From assembly GCA_965644315.1 (NCBI GenBank), contig CBFFRQ010000043.1, positions 620,001-684,000 on the forward strand: a DNA stretch of 64,000 nt, given 5' to 3'. This DNA comes from Caecitellus pseudoparvulus. Taxonomy: Eukaryota; Protista; Bigyra: Bicosoecida. Position 1 is the first letter of the stretch. The number at the start of each line of letters is the position of its first letter. Positions 59,230-64,000 of this stretch are shown here, one piece after another. The translations under genes and the position numbers were made by a program. The notes beneath the pieces are model-generated. The model made no database searches and was not told where the DNA came from. It saw only the letters and a program-made list of their open reading frames with translations.

Positions 59230-59854
59230 TGTGGCGCGCCTGCCTCCCCCTGGTCCACTTGTGAGAGGTTGGCCTGGCGTTTCAGTCCCGCAGTCCTGCC
59301 AACGGAAGCAAGTCTCAGCGTGCGGGGAGCAGAACTGTGCGTAGCTCAGCAAAAAATGCTGCTGATTTGAAATGATTGTATTCCTGTGCGGGCGATGCCA
59401 TAGTCATCATGCATACCAGCTTGCAACGCGCGCGAAAAGTGGGTGCATGCTTGAAAAAAGGCCGCGCCAAATGGGGTAGGAAAAAAAAGTCAGCAGTACT
59501 CGGGATTCCCGTGTAGTCCCCTACCACAGTACTAACCGAGCTCGGCCCAGCTTGGCTTCCGGGTGCGGAATGGATCCGGGCATATCCTGGGCGATGTGAC
59601 CGCTGCTGAGGAAACGTGTGCCAACGCAGTACATATAGACCGTACAGTAGACATACGCACTGTGCATTGCAGTGGGCGATGGCGAGTGGCGCCCCTGGCG
59701 CCGCGCAGCTCTCAGCTGTGCTGCTAGGGCAACCAGAACAAAACTCATTCCCAGCTAACTTGTGGATGCAGTGCATTTGCCCCATTTGTGGTCGGAGGGC
59801 TCGTCAGTTGCACCTGAGCAGGCACGCTGCAGCTAAAAGCAGCAGTCGGCCAGC

Positions 59855-62547
59855 ATGGCGGCAGACTTCGGAGCAGCCTCTGCCGCGTCCGTGAAGAATG
59901 GCGACTGGGAAGTGCTGAGTTCCACATTGAGCATTCGGTGCCTGGCCCTGGCACACGGCTCCGACTTCTTGTTGCTGGGCAGTGAGAGGGGGACAGTGGA
60001 GTGCTGGGACATCTCAGCCTTGCCGCTGCAGGTGCAGACGTACCCGGTGCCAGCAGCAGAGGGCAAGGGCATCCACGCATTGGAGTGGTCCCACAACAAC
60101 CAGGTCATTTTCGTCGTGGGCGCCAACGGCTCGTTCTCAGCTTTCGACGTGCGCAGTGGCGGCAACATCTTCTCCCTGGTGTGCGTGCTCAAATACCGCA
60201 GGTTGGCCTGGCGTCGGTGCACTGCAATCTTCGCACCCACCCGAACACGGCCCCCTTCCACAGCCTGCCTGCCCTCCCTCACGCAATCAAGGCCCACCCT
60301 TCTGACATCAGTCGCCTGGTGCTCACGTTCCGCACTGCGCCCCCTCAAGTCATGACTTGGACTGGGTCAGTGGCTTCGCCAGGCGCACCCAGTCCTGCCG
60401 TGTTTTCCACGTGGACTCCAAACCCAGCCGAGGAGGAAGAGGAGGGCGCCAAACAACCCACAATGGACGCAGCTTGGTATCCCAGTCCCCCGGGCGCAGG
60501 CTCCTCTGCCTTGCTCCTCACGCTCAGCAGCCGCGGGCCGCTGACGTTGTGGGACGCTGCGATCCAGCGGCAGGTGGCTGAGCTGGCGTCCCTGCCCAGC
60601 GTCCTGTCCCCGCCAGACCTCCGCGTGCAGCGTGCAGGTGGGCAGGTGTTGGTGGCGCTGACCACCCGCAGTGGCGTGCACGTGCTGCGAGAGGCGGAGG
60701 CAGGGACGCCTGCCGCCCAGGAGGGCGGTGACCTGGCCACTGCCTGTGCGACGGTGGGCATGCGCCCCCTCACGAGGGCGGAGGCAGTCTACGCAGAGCC
60801 AGTGGACAGCACGCTGCTGTGTGACTGCAGCGTCAGCTCAGACGGCCGAGCTGTGCTGGCCAGGCCGGTGCCTGGTCAGGCAGGCCACTTCAACACGGGG
60901 TTGTTCATCTTTAGCCGGGGGCAGGTGGGGGACATGGTGCTGAAGCAGCCGCCCCGCGCACCTGCGCGGCGCTCGGAGCTCGTGGCGGCGGCCTGGAGCC
61001 GTGGCCCGCGTGCCGCACTGGCGGCGCTGACTCGGTCTGGCACGGCGCTGGTGTTGGCCCAGCCGCACCCTTGCGTCTGGGCTGGGCCCATGTTCCCGCC
61101 CCAGTTCCAGCTGTACCCCGGCAACAAGGACTTCGCCGAACCAGAGTCCCTGTGGGACGTGCGGGATGAGCAGGGGCGCCCCCTGCAAGGCGGCACGCCC
61201 ATTCCGCCCCAGTCTGACCCACCTCATGTGGACGTGTTGACTGGGCGGCGGCCTGGGCGCAGCGCGCTGCAGGGAGCTGTCTCGCCACGGCCGCAAGGTC
61301 TGGCTGGTTGGGGGGCTTTGCCCCACCTCACGGCGCTGCCTCCGTTCATGCGGGCGATGGATGACGTGGAGCCACTGCGGCGGTGGGCTGAGGGGTTGAA
61401 CCGCAGCGCACAGAGCGCTGCGGCTGCTGCAGCCACTGGTGGCTCACGCGCACAGGTAGGGGGGGTCAAGCGCCCCCGCATGCCGCCGGCGGACTCCACT
61501 CCCTCCTGGCGGGGTGGTGGTGTCTTCCGTACATTGCTCAGTCGCGTGCATGTGGCTGCGCCGGCTCAGCCTGAGGGGGCGGATGCCCCAAGTGCCAAGG
61601 CTACTGCCCAAGCACTTGCGCGTGCCGTGGAGCAAGCGACAGGGTTGCCCACTGGGCCACTTCCCTCAGAGGAGGAGGAGGAGGGGGAGCCAGGGGCCAC
61701 CGGTGGCGGGGAAGGCAGCAGACAAGCCCCCCGCGTGCAGCTGTCTGCAGAGGAGCTGGCAGCGGCAGCCCGGGAAGAGGAACTGGCCAAGGCAGTGGGT
61801 GTGTTGGTGCATTTGGTGTCAGGGGGCACCCCCCTGGAGCCCCCCTCCCAAGAAGAGGCTGCTCTGTTGGACGCTGATGATGGCCTGTACGCTGGCTCCT
61901 CTGAGGCAGCCGCAGCAGAGGAGCTGGGCAGCCGGCCCAGCAAGCAGCTGCTTGGGCTGCTGGTCATGCAGGGCGGGCACGCAGCTGTGGCCCTGCGGGC
62001 GGCGGGTGTGTCGCTTAGCGGCCCCACGCCACCCCCTTCTCAGGCGGCCCTGCGCCAGGAAGCCATCGACGCAGCCAGCCAGACCCTGGAGGAGGTGGGT
62101 CTGACACCAGGCGGGGGGCTGGACACGCCCCCCTCCCTGCTGGAGGCAGAGGAGGCCGCCTACGCCTTCCACCGCCTTGTGGCCGCCAAGCTGCAGAGCC
62201 GGCCCCGAAGGCCTGGCGCTGCCTTGGACCCCCGCACCTTGTTGAGCGAGGAGGAGCGGAAGGTGGCTGAGCTGCGGGCAGAGGCCAACAGGCACCGCTC
62301 GCGCATCCTGTCCTACAGCTCCACGCACGCGGAGCTGAACAGGGCCTGGGGCATCGTCGTCACGCCGCCCCCTGTGCTGACGCAGACGCCCTCGGCCGCT
62401 GCCGCGCCCCAGCCGGCACCGGCACCGGCACCGCCCACCTCGACGCACACCGTCAACCCCGGCTCAGTGGAGCTGCGGGCAGCACTGCTGCAGCAGCAGA
62501 TGCGGGCAGGTGCTCACGCGCCTGCCCTCCACCCGCCTGGCCACTGA
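59855..62547 (+). CDS. WD40 protein, RBBP5/SWD1-like (COMPASS)
   Basis: Exons 59855-60180 and 60264-62547. WD repeats (LLLGSERGTVECWD, IHALEWS), then WAGPMFPPQFQLYPGNKDFAEPESLWD, which resembles the RBBP5 post-propeller motif. Confidence 0.65.
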
Positions 62548-63607
62548 CGCCCTCGGTGGCTGAGGGCGGACTCTGCGCTGCTTGCCGCAGAGCGGGGCCC
62601 AGGGCCAGCAGGAGGCTCTGCAGGCCGTAGGCGGGTCCAAAGGCCATGTCGTGCCAGTAGTTCACGGCGATGGTGGGGCCCACCTGGGTCACCTGGTGGT
62701 ACCAGCCAGCAGGCAGGTACAGCACCTCCCCAGCCCGCACATGCACTGTGACGGGGTGGGTGTGCGCAGGCCAATTACCGCCCTCTGCGCAGCTGCCCAG
62801 CACACCCACATCAATCCAAGACACATGTACACCGCTCTCCTCGCCTTGCGCCACATACCATGTGCCGTCTGCACGGCGACGGTACTGCCCCGCCGGCACA
62901 CTGCGCTCCGGCAGCCATGGTGCGTCTCCAGGCGGGAGGAGGGTGAAAACTTTGCAGCCAGTGACGACCGCATACAGGTTTTCGTACGGGTCCTTGTGCA
63001 GGGTGCTGGTGGAGGCGCCAGTGCCTACCCACAAGTTGATGGCGTCTGGGTCATTGCCAAAGGCTACCCCGCCGATGTCCAGGCGCGCGTCAATGTCAGG
63101 GAGGAGGAAGGGGAACTCCTTCCGCAGGCAGTCGTCCTGGGCAGACAAGTACACGATTTGCGTGCCTGGAGAAGGAGCGTCGCCTTGCGTGCCGATGGCT
63201 TCCAGCGCCTGCGCCAGCGGCATCTGGGAGACTTCTGGCGTGGCGAAGGTGCTGCAGGGGCCGGCGCTGCTCAGTTCGCAGGCGCCCGAGGCGTCAGGTT
63301 CGCCTGTGGACACGATGGCATCAGCCAGGCCATTCGGAGTCGTGTTCACAGACACGGTGTGCTCTCCAAACTCAGCAGCCAGCGCCTGCAGGGACCAGCG
63401 CTGCAGGGCGGGCCAGTGGTCAATCACGCCTGTGAGCACTGCTGGCCGGTTCATCGCGACGTGCTGCCGCATGAAGTGCAGCATGCCATCTGCAGAGCTT
63501 GTATCAATACGTGGCACCGCTTTCATGGCTGAGAAGCTGCCCACAAAGTCCTCCAAGGCCTCCAAGGCGCCGCCAAGCTCGGCGCCTTGCTGCGGAAATT
63601 GCGCCAT
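62453..63607 (-). CDS. JMJD7: JmjC (cupin_8) hydroxylase, JMJD7-like
   Basis: NRPAVL, VSVNTTPNGLADA, YLSAQDDCL, PDAINLWVG, STLHKDPYENLY, YLPAGWYHQV, AVNYW; the HxD..H triad is intact. Confidence 0.88.
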   Translation of the reverse strand: MAQFPQQGAELGGALEALEDFVGSFSAMKAVPRIDTSSADGMLHFMRQHVAMNRPAVLTGVIDHWPALQRWSLQALAAEFGEHTVSVNTTPNGLADAIVSTGEPDASGACELSSAGPCSTFATPEVSQMPLAQALEAIGTQGDAPSPGTQIVYLSAQDDCLRKEFPFLLPDIDARLDIGGVAFGNDPDAINLWVGTGASTSTLHKDPYENLYAVVTGCKVFTLLPPGDAPWLPERSVPAGQYRRRADGTWYVAQGEESGVHVSWIDVGVLGSCAEGGNWPAHTHPVTVHVRAGEVLYLPAGWYHQVTQVGPTIAVNYWHDMAFGPAYGLQSLLLALGPALRQAAQSPPSATEGVSGQAGGGQAREHLPASAAAAVLPAAPLSRG

Positions 63608-64000
63608 GCCCACCCCTTTCACTCTGGCATGCTCATCGTGCAGCATATGCAGCAAACAGGCTTGACAAGTATGGTGCAAGGTTTGTTAGCAAAGTGAGGG
63701 GCGGAAATTTACAGCGCAGCCATGAGCCCTGCAGCGCTGTGGGCCGGGGCAGCTCGGTTTACCCCGCTTTGCTGGCGGGCCTGCACCGTGCAGCACAGTG
63801 AACGCAACGAAGACGGCCCACCAAAACACCACCCCCCCATGTGAATGCACGCTGAGGAAGGAGCGCTGCACTGCATCGGACCCACCTGCTGCGCTTGCAC
63901 TGCTCAGCAGTGCCCCTGCAGCAAGCTGCCTGCAAGGTGAACTGCACCACCCTTTTGACTGCACGTCAAGATGTCGGCAGCGCCCCCTGCACCCGGGCCA

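Noticed and set aside
1-64000. Alternative genetic code, stop readthrough or introner-type repeated introns
   Set aside because: Conserved genes translate with the standard code and end in TGA, TAG or TAA. Introns share only splice signals and show no mutual sequence similarity that I could see.

Overview
Gene-dense, GC-rich (roughly two-thirds G+C by eye) nuclear DNA from a unicellular eukaryote. A heterotrophic stramenopile-like protist is my guess, inferred from gene content and intron style only. About 28 protein genes are packed with tiny spacers and short canonical GT-AG introns (about 60-210 nt; donors GTGCGT/GTGAG/GTACGT, acceptors mostly YGCAG/ACAG). Recognisable genes: UTP20 (runs off the left edge), a DOT1-like methyltransferase, NOC1/CEBPZ, SRR1-like, an EF-hand protein, a tandem-GNAT, a CHAT protease-STAND ATPase-TPR (NLR-like) protein, a saposin-like protein, a low-GC surface protein, HAAO, MESD-like, MRNIP, RAE1, PLA2G12, frataxin, RBM26/27-like, a CCT protein, MRPL22, FARSB, a zeta-toxin-like P-loop protein, RER1, a BTB protein, RBBP5-like and JMJD7. 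I saw no rRNA, tRNA, CRISPR array or intact mobile element. Most notable: (1) an intact caspase-family CHAT-NB-ARC-TPR immune-receptor-like gene; (2) an 11-bp motif TGCGGAAATYG found exactly 9 times, always near gene 5' ends; (3) an AATGCA(T/TT) motif just after stop codons that is palindromic between several convergent genes, with abutting or overlapping 3' ends; (4) RAE1 carrying 17 GLMG (GLFG-like) repeats; (5) a low-GC island encoding a Cys-repeat surface protein. Gene identities come from recalled family motifs, not database searches. Exon coordinates are hand-derived.
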